From assembly GCF_009914755.1 (NCBI RefSeq), contig NC_060948.1: a stretch of 64,000 bases of DNA; one strand, written 5' to 3'. Below are positions 39,961-54,150 of this stretch, in pieces; the first letter of the stretch is position 1; every line of letters begins with the position of its first letter. The translations under genes were made by a program, and so were the position numbers. Under the pieces are notes generated by a model. That model saw only the letters and a program-made list of their open reading frames with translations. It had not been told where the DNA came from and did no database searches. The stretch comes from the human T2T-CHM13v2.0 reference genome, Homo sapiens.

Positions 39961-42900
39961 GGCCTGGAATAAAGTGGAATGCTACGGTCTCGAATGGAAT
40001 AAAAATGTATGGAATGGAATGCAATGAAACGGAATCGAATGTCATAGAATGTAATGGAATGCAAAAAAATGGAATCCAAAATCATTGACTGGAAAGGCTG
40101 GGTGTCGAAAGGAATTGACTCCAATGGAATGGAATCGAATGGAATGGAAGTGAATAGAATCAAACTAAATCGAATGGAATGGAATTGATAGGAACGGAAT
40201 GGAAAGGAATGCAATGATTTGGCATGGAATGGAATCGAATGGCATCGAATGGAATGGAATGGAATGCAATGGAATGGAATGTATTAGAATGTAATGAACT
40301 TTAATGGAATGTACTCGAATGGATTCGACTGGAATGGAATGTTCTGGAAGTGAATGGACTCCAATGGAATGGATTCAAAAGGAATGGAATCATACGGAAT
40401 GGAATCTAATGGAATGGAATTAAATGGAAATGAATCAAATTGAATAGCACGGAATTGACTTGAATGGAATGGAATGCAATGGAATCTAATGAAACGGAAA
40501 GGAAAGGAATGGAATGGAATGGAATGGGCTGGAATGGAAAGGAATCGAAACGAATGGAATGGAATCGAACTGAAGAGACTGGAATGGAATGCACTGGAAT
40601 GGAAGGGAGTGTAATGGAAGGTTCTCGAAAAAAATGGAATCGAATGGAATGGAATTGAATGGAACGGAATAGAGTCGAATGGAATTGAATGGAATGGAAT
40701 GGACTAGAGTGAAATGGAATCGAACCACAAGGAATGGACAGGAATAGAATGGTCTCGAATTGAATGGAATCGTATGGAATGGCATCAAACGGAATGGAAT
40801 GGACAGCCACGGAATGGAATGCACTCGAATGCAATGGAGTCGAAACTAATGGACTGGAATAGAATGGACTCGACTGGTACGGACTCTAATGGAATGGAAT
40901 CGAATGGAAGGGAATCGAACGGAATGGACTCGAAGGGAAAAGACTGCAATGGAAAGGTCTCGAATGGAATGGAAATTAATGGAATGGAATGGAATCGAAT
41001 GAAATGGAGTCAAAAGGAATGGAATCGAATGGCAAGAAATCGAATGTAATGGAATCGCAAGGAATTGATGTGAACGGAACGGAATGGAATGGAATCCAAA
41101 GGAATGGAATAGAATGGAATGGAATCGAATGGAAAGGACTCGAATGGAAATCACTCGAATAGAATGCAATTTAATAAAATAGGATCAAATGTAATGGAAT
41201 GGAATGGAAAGGAATCGAAACGAAAGGAATGGAGACAGATGGAATGGAATGGAACAGAGAGCAATGGTATAGAATGGAATGGAATCATCTGGAATGGAAT
41301 TGAATGGAATGGAATAATATGAAATGGAATGGAATGGAATGGAATGGAATGCCCTTGAATTAAATGGACTGGAATGGAATGGACTCGAACAGAGTGGAAT
41401 GGAAAGTGTTGAGATAGAATGGAATGGACTCCTTTGGAATGGTGTAGTATGCAATGCAATCGACTGGCAGGGAATCAAAAGGAATGTAATCGAATGGATT
41501 GGACTGGAATGCAATGGACTCGAATAGATTGGAAACGGAATGCAAAGGAATGGAATGGAATAGTATGGAATGGAATGGAAAGGAATGGAGTGGAATAGAC
41601 TAGAGTGGAATGGAATGGACTGGAAAGCAATGGACTGGAATGGAACTTTCTTGAATGGACTGGAATCAAACGGAATGGAATGCAATGCAATCAAATGGCA
41701 TGGAATAAAATAGAATGAAAGAGAATCAAATGGAATTGAATCGAATGGAATCGAATGGATTGGAAAGGAATAGAATGGAATGGAATGGAATTGACTCAAA
41801 TGGAATGGACTAGAATGGAATGGATTCGAATGGAAGGCAAAGGAATGGAATCTATTGGAATGGACTGTAATGGAATGGAATGGAAGGGATTGGAATGGAC
41901 TCGAATGGATTGGACTGCAATAGAAAGGATTCGAATGGAATGAAAAAGAATTGAATGGAATAGAACAGAATGGAATCAAATCGAATGAAATGGAATGGAA
42001 TAGAAAGGAATGGAATGAAATGGAATGGAAAGGATTCGAATGGAATGCAATCGAATGGAATGGAATCGAACGGAATGGAATAAAATGGAAGAAAACTGGC
42101 AAGAAATGGAATCGAAATGAATGGAGTGTTATGGAACGGACTCAAAAGGAATTGAATGTAATAGAATGGAGTGGAGTGGACTCGAATATAATGGACTGGA
42201 ATGGAATGAAATCACATGGAATGGGAACGAATGGAATGGAATGGAAAGGAATGGAATCGAATGGAAAGGAATCGAATGGAAGGGAATGAAATTGAATCAA
42301 CAGGAATGGAAGGGAATAGAATAGACGGTAATGGAATGGACTCGAATAGAATGGACACGAATGCTCAAATTGAATGGACTCGAATGGAATGGAAACGAAA
42401 GGAATGTCATCGAATGGAATTGAATCGATTGGAATGAAATCGCATAGAATGGAGTGGAATCAAATGGAATTGAATCGAAAGGAAAGGAAGCGAATGGACT
42501 GAAATGAAATGGAATGGAATTGAATGGAAAGTAATGCAATGGAATAGAATGGAACGAAATTTCACGGAATGGAATCAAACTGAATGGAATCAAATCAATG
42601 GAATCAAATCAAATGGAATGGAAAGGAATTGAATGGAGTAGATTGGATTGGATGGGATTGGAATGAAATGTACTGGAAAGGACTCGAATTTCATGAAACG
42701 GAATGGAATGAATTGGAACGGAATGGACTCGAATGGAATGGAATGTCATGGAATGGCATCAAATAGAATGGCATCAAATGGAATGGAATCGAATGCAATG
42801 GAATGCTATGGAATGGAATGGAATGCATTGGAATGGAATGTCCTCTAATGGAATGGATTCGAGTGGAATGGAATCGAATATAATGGAGTCGAATGAAATG

Positions 42901-43549
42901 GAATTGAAAGGAGTGTGATCGAATACAATGGAATATACTGGAATGTAATGTAATGAACTCGAATGTAATTGACTGGAATGGAATGTACATGAATGGAATG
43001 TAATCGAATGGAAAGTAATCCAATGGAATAGAATCTAATGCAATAAAACCGACTCAGATAGAGTAGAATGTAATGGAATGGAGTGCAGTGCAATGGAATG
43101 GAATGGAATGGAATGCAATGGAATGGAATGGAATGGAATGGAATGGAATGGAATGGAATGGAATGGAATGGAATGGAATGGGATGGGATGGAATGGTATG
43201 GAATGGATAGTAATGGACTGGAGTGAAATGGACTGGAAAGGAATGGACTCAAATTGAAAGGGCTCGAAAGGAATGGAGTCAAATGGAATGGTCTGGAATG
43301 GAATGAACACGAATGTAATGCAATCCAATAGAATGGAATCGAATGGCATGGAATATAAAGAAATGGAATCGAAGAGAATGGAAACAAATGGAATGGAATT
43401 GAATGGAATGGAATTGAATGGAATGGGAACGAATGGAGTGAAATTGTATGCAGTAGAAGGGAATAGAATGGAATGCAAGCGAAAGGAAAGGAATGGATTG
43501 AAATGGAATGGAATTCATTGGAATGGAAGGGAATGTAGTGTAATGGACA
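39961..43549 (+). repeat. DYZ1 unit, 3589 bp
   Basis: GGCC 39961 to the mutated landmark GACC at 43550. Confidence 0.92.
43121..43180 (+). repeat. Longest perfect (GAATG)12 microsatellite, an allele of the internal variable tract
   Basis: 12 uninterrupted GAATG after GAGTGCAGTG...CAATG; the homologous tract at 331-355 has 5. Confidence 0.85.
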
Positions 43550-46500
43550 GACCTGGAATAAAGTGGAATGCTACGGTCTCGAATGGAATAAAAATGTATG
43601 GAATGGAATGCAATGAAACGGAATCGAATGTCATAGAATGTAATGGAATGCAAAAAAATGGAATCCAAAATCATTGACTGGAAAGGCTGGGTGTCGAAAG
43701 GAATTGACTCCAATGGAATGGAATCGAATGGAATGGAAGTGAATAGAATCGAACTAAATCGAATGGAATGGAATTGATAGGAACGGAATGGAAAGGAATG
43801 CAATGATTTGGCATGGAATGGAATCGAATGGCATCGAATGGAATGGAATGGAATGCAATGGAATGGAATGTATTAGAATGTAATGAACTTTAATGGAATG
43901 TACTCGAATGGATTCGACTGGAATGGAATGTTCTGGAAGTGAATGGACTCCAATGGAATGGATTCAAAAGGAATGGAATCGTACGGAATGGAATTAAATG
44001 GAAATGAATCAAATTGAATAGCACGGAATTGAATTGAATGGAATGGAATGCAATGGAATCTAATGAAACGGAAAGGAAAGGAATGGAATGGAATGGAATG
44101 GGCTGGAATGGAAAGGAATCGAAACGAATGGAATGGAATCGAACTGAAGAGACTGGAATGGAATGCACTGGAATGGAAGGGAGTGTAATGGAAGGTTCTC
44201 GAAAAAAATGGAATCGAATGGAATGGAATTGAATGGAACGGAATAGAGTCGAATGGAATTGAATGGAATGGAATGGACTAGAGTGAAATGGAATCGAACC
44301 ACAAGGAATGGACAGGAATAGAATGGTCTCGAATTGAATGGAATCGTATGGAATGGCATCAAACGGAATGGAATGGACAGCCACGGAATGGAATGCACTC
44401 GAATGCAATGGAGTCGAAACTAATGGACTGGAATAGAATGGACTCGACTGGTACGGACTCCAATGGAATGGAATCGAATGGAAGGGAATCGAACGGAATG
44501 GACTCGAAGGGAAAAGACTGCAATGGAAAGGTCTCGAATGGAATGGAAATTAATGGAATGGAATGGAATCGAATGAAATGGAGTCAAAAGGAATGGAATC
44601 GAATGGCAAGAAATCGAATGTAATGGAATCGCAAGGAATTGATGTGAACGGAACGGAATGGAATGGAATCCAAAGGAATGGAATAGAATGGAATGGAATC
44701 GAATGGAAAGGACTCGAATGGAAATCACTCGAATAGAATGCAATTTAATAAAATAGGATCAAATGGAATGGAATGGAATGGAAAGGAATCGAAACGAAAG
44801 GAATGGAGACAGATGGAATGGAATGGAACAGAGAGCAATGGTATAGAATGGAATGGAATCATCTGGAATGGAATTGAATGGAATGGAATAATATGAAATG
44901 GAATGGAATGGAATGGAATGGAATGCCCTTGAATTAAATGGACTGGAATGGAATGGACTCGAACAGAGTGGAATGGAAAGTGTTGAGATAGAATGGAATG
45001 GACTCCTTTGGAATGGTCTAGTATGCAATGCAATCGACTGGCAGGGAATCAAAAGGAATGTAATCGAATGGATTGGACTGGAATGCAATGGACTCGAATA
45101 GATTGGAAACGGAATGCAAAGGAATGGAGTGGAATAGTATGGAATGGAATGGAAAGGAATGGAGTGGAATAGACTAGAGTGGAATGGAATGGACTGGAAA
45201 GCAATGGACTGGAATGGAACTTTCTTGAATGGACTGGAATCAAACGGAATGGAATGCAATGCAATCAAATGGCATGGAATAAAATAGAATGAAAGAGAAT
45301 CAAATGGAATTGAATCGAATGGAATCGAATGGATTGGAAAGGAATAGAATGGAATGGAATGGAATTGACTCAAATGGAATGGACTAGAATGGAATGGATT
45401 CGAATGGAAGGCAAAGGAATGGAATCTTGGAATGGACTGTAATGGAATGGAATGGAAGGGATTGGAATGGACTCGAATGGAATGGACTGCAATAGAAAGG
45501 ATTCGAATGGAATGAAAAAGAATTGAATGGAATAGAACAGAATGGAATCAAATCGAATGAAATGGAATGGAATAGAAAGGAATGGAATGAAATGGAATGG
45601 AAAGGATTCGAATGGAATGCAATCGAATGGAATGGAATCGAACGGAATGGAATAAAATGGAAGAAAACTGGCAAGAAATGGAATCGAAATGAATGGAGTG
45701 TTATGGAACGGACTCAAAAGGAATTGAATGTAATAGAATGGAGTGGAGTGGACTCGAATATAATGGACTGGAATGGAATGAAATCACATGGAATGGGAAC
45801 GAATGGAATGGAATGGAAAGGAATGGAATCGAATGGAAAGGAATCGAATGGAAGGGAATGAAATTGAATCAACAGGAATGGAAGGGAATAGAATAGACGG
45901 TAATGGAATGGACTCGAATAGAATGGACACGAATGCTCAAATTGAATGGACTCGAATGGAATGGAAACGAAAGGAATGTCATCGAATGGAATTGAATCGA
46001 TTGGAATGAAATCGCATAGAATGGAGTGGAATCAAATGGAATTGAATCGAAAGGAAAGGAAGCGAATGGACTGAAATGAAATGGAATGGAATTGAATGGA
46101 AAGTAATGCAATGGAATAGAATGGAACGAAATTTCACGGAATGGAATCAAACTGAATGGAATCAAATCAATGGAATCAAATCAAATGGAATGGAAAGGAA
46201 TTGAATGGAGTAGATTGGATTGGATGGGATTGGAATGAAATGTACTGGAAAGGACTCGAATTTCATGAAACGGAATGGAATGAATTGGAACGGAATGGAC
46301 TCGAATGGAATGGAATGTCATGGAATGGCATCAAATGGAATGGAATCGAATGCAATGGAATGCTATGGAATGGAATGGAATGCATTGGAATGGAATGTCC
46401 TCTAATGGAATGGATTCGAGTGGAATGGAATCGAATATAATGGAGTCGAATGAAATGGAATTGAAAGGAATGGGATCGAATACAATGGAATATACTGCAA

Positions 46501-47081
46501 TGTAATGTAATGAACTCGAATGTAATTGACTGGAATGGAATGTACATGAATGGAATGTAATCGAATGGAAAGTAATCCAATGGAATAGAATCTAATGCAA
46601 TAAAATCGACTCAGATAGAGTAGAATGTAATGGAATGGAGTGCAGTGCAATGGAATGGAATGGAATGGAATGCAATGGAATGGAATGGAATGGAATGGAA
46701 TGGAATGGAATGGAATGGAATGGAATGGAATGGGATGGAATGGGATGGAATGGATAGTAATGGACTGGAGTGAAATGGACTGGAAAGGAATGGACTCAAA
46801 TTGAAAGGGCTCGAAAGGAATGGAGTCAAATGGAATGGTCTGGAATGGAATGAACACGAATGTAATGCAATCCAATAGAATGGAATCGAATGGCATGGAA
46901 TATAAAGAAATGGAATCGAAGAGAATGGAAACAAATGGAATGGAATTGAATGGAATGGGAACGAATGGAGTGAAATTGTATGCAGTAGAAGAGAATAGAA
47001 TGGAATGCAAGCGAAAGGAAAGGAATGGATTGGAATGGAATGGAATTCATTGGAATGGAAGGGAATGTAGTGTAATGGACA
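43550..47081 (+). repeat. DYZ1 unit, 3532 bp (deletion-rich)
   Basis: Three 15-bp deletions (~43990, ~46330, ~46945) and a 2-bp deletion (~45426). Confidence 0.92.
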
Positions 47082-50000
47082 GGCCTGGAATAATGTGGAA
47101 TGCTACGGTCTCGAATGGAATAAAAATGTATGGAATGGAATGCAATGAAACGGAATCGAATGTCATAGAATGTAATGGAATGCAAAAAAATGGAATCCAA
47201 AATCATTGACTGGAAAGGCTGGGTGTCGAAAGGAATTGACTCCAATGGAATGGAATCGAATGGAATGGAAGTGAATAGAATCGAACTAAATCGAATGGAA
47301 TGGAATTGATAGGAACGGAATGGAAAGGAATGCAATGATTTGGCATGGAATGGAATCGAATGGCATCGAATGGAATGGAATGGAATGCAATGGAATGGAA
47401 TGTATTAGAATGTAATGAACTTTAATGGAATGTACTCGAATGGATTCGACTGGAATGGAATGTTCTGGAAGTGAATGGACTCCAATGGAATGGATTCAAA
47501 AGGAATGGAATCGTACGGAATGGAATCTAATGGAATGGAATTAAATGGAAATGAATCAAGTTGAATAGCACGGAATTGAATTGAATGGAATTGAATGCAA
47601 TGGAATCTAATGAAACGGAAAGGAAAGGAATGGAATGGAATGGAATGGACTGGAATGGAAAGGAATCGAAACGAATGGAATGGAATCGAAGTGAAGAGAC
47701 TGGAATGGAATGCACTGGAATGGAAGGGAGTGTAATGGAAGGTTCTCGAAAAAAATGGAATCGAATGGAATGGAATTGAATGGAACGGAATAGAGTCGAA
47801 TGGAATTGAATGGAATGGAATGGACTAGAGTGAAATGGAATCGAACCACAAGAAATGGACAGGAATAGAATGGTCTCGAATTGAATGGAATCGTATGGAA
47901 TGGCATCAAACGGAATGGAATGGACAGCCACGGAATGGAATGCACTCGAATGCAATGGAGTCGAAACTAATGGACTGGAATAGAATGGACTCGACTGGTA
48001 CGGACTCCAATGGAATGGAATCGAATGGAAGGGAATCAAACGGAATGGACTCGAAGGGAAAAGACTGCAATGGAAAGGTCTCGAATGGAATGGAAATTAA
48101 TGGAATGGAATGGAATCGAATGAAATGGAGTCAAAAGGAATGGAATCGAATGGCAAGAAATCGAATGTAATGGAATCGCAAGGAATTGATGTGAACGGAA
48201 GGGAATGGAATGGAATCCAAAGGAATGGAATAGAATGGAATGGAATCGAATGGAAAGGACTCGAATGGAAATCACTCGAATAGAATGCAATTTAATAAAA
48301 TAGGATCAAATGTAATGGAATGGAATGGAAAGCAATCGAAACGAAAGGAATGGAGACAGATGGAATGGAATAGAACAGAGAGCAATGGTATAGAATGGAA
48401 TGGAATCATCTGGAATGGAATTGAATGGAATGGAATAATATGAAATGGAATGGAATGGAATGGAATGGAATGCCCTTGAATTAAATGGACTGGAATGGAA
48501 TGGACTCGAACAGAGTGGAATGGAAAGTGTTGAGATAGAATGGAATGGACTCCTTTGGAATGGTGTAGTATGCAATGCAATCGACTGGCAGGGAATCAAA
48601 AGGAATGTAATCGAATGGATTGGACTGGAATGCAATGGACTCGAATAGATTGCAAACGGAATGCAAAGGAATGGAATGGAATAGTATGGAATGGAATGGA
48701 AAGGAATGGAGTGGAATAGACTAGAGTGGAATGGAACGGACTGGAAAGCAATGGACTGGAATGGAACTTTCTTGAATGGACTGGAATCAAACGGAATGGA
48801 ATGCAATGCAATCAAATGGCATGGAATAAAATAGAATGAAAGAGAATCAAATGGAATTGAATCGAATGGAATCGAATGGATTGGAAAGAATAGAATGGAA
48901 TGGAATGGAATGGACTAGAATGGAATGGATTCGAATGGAAGGCAAAGGAATGGAATCTATTGGAATGGACTGTAATGGAATGGAATGGAAGGGATTGGAA
49001 TGGACTCGAATGGAATGGACTGCAATAGAAAGGATTCGAATGGAATGAAAAAGAATTGAATGGAATAGAAGAGAATGGAATCAAATCGAATGAAATGGAT
49101 TGGAATAGAAAGGAATGGAATGAAATGGAATGGAAAGGATTCGAATCGAATGCAATCGAATGGAATGGAATCGAACGGAATGGAATAAAATGGAAGAAAA
49201 CTGGCAAGAAATGGAATCGAAATGAATGGAGTGTTATGGAACGGACTCAAAAGGAATTGAATGTAATAGAATGGAGTGGAGTGGACTCGAATATAATGGA
49301 CTGGAAGAATGGAATGAAATCACATGGAATGGGAACGAATGGAATGGAATGGAAAGGAATGGAATCGAATGGAAAGGAATCGAACGGAAGGGAATGAAAT
49401 TGAATCAACAGCAATGGAAGGGAATAGAATAGACGGTAATGGAATGGACTCGAATAGAATGGACACGAATGCTCAAATTGAATGGACTCGAATGGAATGG
49501 AAACGAAAGGAATGTCATCGAATGGAATTGAATCGATTGGAATGTAATCGCATAGAATGGAGTGGAATCAAATGGAATTGAATCGAAAGGAAAGGAAGCG
49601 AATGGACTGAAATGAAATGGAATGGAATTGAATGGAAAGTAATGCAATGGAATAGAATGGAACGAAATTTCACGGAATGGAATCAAACTGAATGGAATCA
49701 AATCAATGGAATCCAATCAAATGGAATGGAGTAGATTGGATTGGATGGGATTGGAATGAAATGTACTGGAAAGGACTCGAATTTCATGAAACGGAATGGA
49801 ATGAATTGGAACGGAATGGACTCGAATGGAATGGAATGTCATAGAATGGCATCAAATGGAATGGCATCAAATGGAATGGAATCGAATGCAATGGAATGCT
49901 ATGGAATGGAATGGAATGCATTGGAATGGAATGTCCTCTAATGAAATGGATTCGAGTGGAATGGAATCGAATATAATGGAGTCGAATGAAATGGAATTGA

Positions 50001-50607
50001 AAGGAATGGGATCGAATACAATGGAATATACTGGAATGTAATTTAATGAACTCGAATGTAATTGACTGGAATGGAATGTACATGAATGGAATGTAATCGA
50101 ATGGAAAGTAATCCAATGGAATAGAATCTAATGCAATAAAACCGACTCAGATAGAGTAGAATGTAATGGAATGGAGTGCAGTGCAATGGAATGGAATGGA
50201 ATGGAATGCAATGGAATGGAATGGAATGGAATGGAATGGAATGGGATGGAATGGTATGGAATGGATAGTAATGGACTGGAGTGAAATGGACTGGAAAGGA
50301 ATGGACTCAAATTGAAAGGGCTCGAAAGGAATGGAGTCAAATGGAATGGTCTGGAATGGAATGAACACGAATGTAATGCAATCCAATAGAATGGAAGCGA
50401 ATGGCATGGAATATAAAGAAATGGAATCGAAGAGAATGGAAACAAATGGAATGGAATTGAATGGAATGGAATTGAATGGAATGGGAACGAATGGAGTGAA
50501 ATTGTATGCAGTAGAAGGCAATAGAATGGAATGCAACCGAAAGGAAAGGAATGGATTGGAATGGAATGGAATTCATTGGAATGGAAGGGAATGTAGTGTA
50601 ATGGACA
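47082..50607 (+). repeat. DYZ1 unit, 3526 bp (shortest, diverged)
   Basis: GGCC 47082 to 50608; 15-bp deletions at ~48910 and ~49730, 1-bp deletion at ~48888, 3-bp insertion at ~49306. Confidence 0.92.
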
Positions 50608-53600
50608 GGCCTGGAATAAAGTGGAATGCTACGGTCTCGAATGGAATAAAAATGTATGGAATGGAATGCAATGAAACGGAATCGAATGTCATAGAATGTA
50701 ATGGAATGCAAAAAAATGGAATCCAAAATCATTGAATGGAAAGGCTGGGTGTCGAAAGGAATTGACTGCAATGGAATGGAATCGAATGGAATGGAAGTGA
50801 ATAGAATCGAACTAAATCGAATGGAATGGAATTGATAGGAACGGAATGGAAAGGAATGCAATGATTTGGCATGGAATGGAATCGAATGGCATCGAATGGA
50901 ATGGAATGGAATGCAATGGAATGGAATGTATCAGAATGTAATGAACATTAGTGGAATGTACTCGAATGGATTCGACTGGAATGGAATGTTCTGGAAGTGA
51001 ATGGACTCCAATGGAATGGATTCGAAAGGAATGGAATCGAACGGAATGGAATCTAATGGAATGGAATTAAATGGAAATGAATCAAATTGAATATCACGGA
51101 ATTGAATTGAATGGAATCGAATGCAATGGAATCTAATGAAACGGAAAGGAAAGAATGGAATGGAATAGAATGGGCTGGAATGGAAAGGAATCGAAACGAA
51201 TGGAATGGAATCGAACTGAGGAGACTGGAATGGAATGCACTGGAATGGAAGGGAGTGTAATGGAAGGTTCTCGAAAAAAATGGAATCGAATGGAATGGAA
51301 TTGAATGGAACGGAATAGAGTCGAATGGAATTGAATGGAATGGAATGGACTAGAGTGAAATGGAATCGAACCACAAGGAATGGACAGGAATAGAATGGTC
51401 TCGAATTGAATGGAATCGTATGGAATGGCATCAAACGGAATGGAATGGACAGCCACGGAATGGAATGCACTCGAATGCAATGGAGTCGAAACTAATGGAC
51501 TGGAATAGAATGGACTCGACTGGTACGGACTCCAATGGAATGGAATCGAATGGAAGGGAATCGAACGGAATGGACTCGAAGGGAAAAGACTGCAATGGAA
51601 AGGTCTCGAATGGAATGGAAATTAATGGAATGGAATGGAATCGAATGAAATGGAGTCAAAAGGAATGGAATCGAATGGCAAGAAATCGAATGTAATGGAA
51701 TCGCAAGGAATTGATGTGAACGGAACGGAATGGAATGGAATCCAAAGGAATGGAATAGAATGGAATGGAATCGAATGGAAAGGACTCGAATGGAAATCAC
51801 TCGAATAGAATGCAATTTAATAAAATAGGATCAAATGTAATAGAATGGAATGGAAAGGAATCGAAACGGAAGGAATGGAGACAGATGGAACGGAATGGAA
51901 CAGAGAGCAATGGTATAGAATGGAACGGAATCATCTGGAATGGAATTGAATGGAATGGAATAATATGAAATGGAATGGAATGGAATGGAATGGAATGCCC
52001 TTGAATTAAATGGACTGGACTCGAACAGAGTGGAATGGAAAGTGTTGAGATAGAATGGAATGGACTCCTTTGGAATGGTGTAGTATGCAATGCAATCGAC
52101 TGGCAGGGAATCAAAAGGAATGTAATCGAATGGATTGGACTGGAATGCAATGGACTCGAATAGATTGGAAACGGAATGCAAAGGAATGGAATGGAATAGT
52201 ATGGAATGCAATGGAAGGGAATGGAGTGGAATAGACTAGAGTGGAATGGAATGGACTGGAAAGCAATGGACTGGAATGGAACCTTCTTGGATGGATTGGA
52301 ATCAAACGGAATGGAATACAATGCAATCAAATGGCATGGAATAAAATAGAATGAAAGAGAATCAAATGGAATTGAATCGAATGGAATCGAATGGATTGGA
52401 AAGGAATAGAATGGAATGGAATGGAATTGACTCAAATGGAATGGACTAGAATGGAATGGATTCGAATGGAAGGCAAAGGAATGGAATCTATTGGAATGGA
52501 CTGTAATGGAATGGAATGGAAGGGATTGGAATGGACTCGAATGGAATGGACTGCAATAGAAAGGATTCGAATGGAATGAAAAAGAATTGAATGGAATAGA
52601 ACAGAATGGAATCAAATCGAATGAAATGGAATGGAATAGAAAGGAATGGAATGAAATGGAATGGAAAGGATTCGAATGGAATGCAATCGAATGGAATGGA
52701 ATCGAACGGAATGGAATAAAATGGAAGAAAACTGGCAAGAAATGGAATCGAAATGAATGGAGTGTTATGGAACGGACTCAAAAGGAATTGAATGTAATAG
52801 AATGGAGTGGAGTGGACTCGAATATAATGGACTGGAATGGAATGAAATCACATGGAATGGGAACGAATGGAATGGAATGGAAAGGAATGGAATTGAATGA
52901 AAAGGAATCGAATGGAAGGGAATGAAATTGAATCAACAGGAATGGAAGGGAATAGAATAGACTGTAATGCAATGGACTCGAATAGAATGGACACGAATGC
53001 TCAAATTAAATGGACTCGAATGCAATGGAAACGAAAGGAATGTGATCGAATGGAATTGAATCGATTGGAATGAAATCACATAGAATGGAGTGGAATCAAA
53101 TGGAATTGAATCGAAAGGAAAGGAAGCGAATGGACTGAAATGAAATGGAATGGAATTGAATGGAAAGTAATGCAATGGAATAGAATGGAACGAAATTTCA
53201 CGGAATGGAATCAAACTGAATGGAATCAAATCAATGGAATCAAATCAAATGGAATGGAAAGGAATTGAATGGAGTAGATGGGATTGGATGGGATTGGAAT
53301 GAAATGTACTGGAAAGGACTCGAATTTCATGAAACGGAATGGAATGAATTGGAACGGAATGGACTCGAATGGAATGGAATGTCATGGGATGGCATCAAAT
53401 GGAATGGCATCAAATGGAATGGAATCGAACGCAATGGAATGCTATGGAATGGAATGGAATGCATTGGAATGGAATGTCCTCTAATGGAATGGATTCGAGT
53501 GGAATGGAATTGAATATAATGGAGTCGAATGAAATGGTATTGAAAGGAATGGGATCGAATACAATGGAATATACTGGAATTTAACGTAATGAACTCGAAT

Positions 53601-54150
53601 GTAATTGACTGGAATGGAATGTACATGAATGGAATGTAATCGAATGGAAAGTAATCCAATGGAATAGAATCTAATGCAATAAAATCGACTCAGATAGAGT
53701 AGAATGTAATGGAATGGAGTGCAGTGCAATGGAAGGGAATGCAATGGAATGGAATGGAATGGAATGGAATGGAATGGAATGGAATGGGATGGAATGGTAT
53801 GGAATGGATAGTAATGGACTGGAGTGAAATGGACTGGAAAGGAATGGACTCAAATTGAAAGGTCTCGAAAGGAATGGAGTCAAATGGAATGGTCTGGAAT
53901 GGAATGAACACGAATGTAATGCAACCCAATAGAATGGAATCGAATGGCATGGAATATAAAGAAATGGAATCGAAGAGAATGGAAACAAATGGAATGGAAT
54001 TGAATGGAATGGAATTGAATGGAATGGGAACGAATGGAGTGAAATTGTATGCAGTAGAAGAGAATAGAATGGAATGCAAGCGAAAGGAAAGGAATGGATT
54101 GGAATGGAATGGAATTCATTGGAATGGAAGGGAATGTAGTGTAATGGACA
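50608..54150 (+). repeat. DYZ1 unit, 3543 bp (diverged, transition into the right-hand subfamily)
   Basis: GGCC 50608 to 54151; 1-bp deletion at ~51153, 10-bp deletion at ~52016. Confidence 0.92.
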
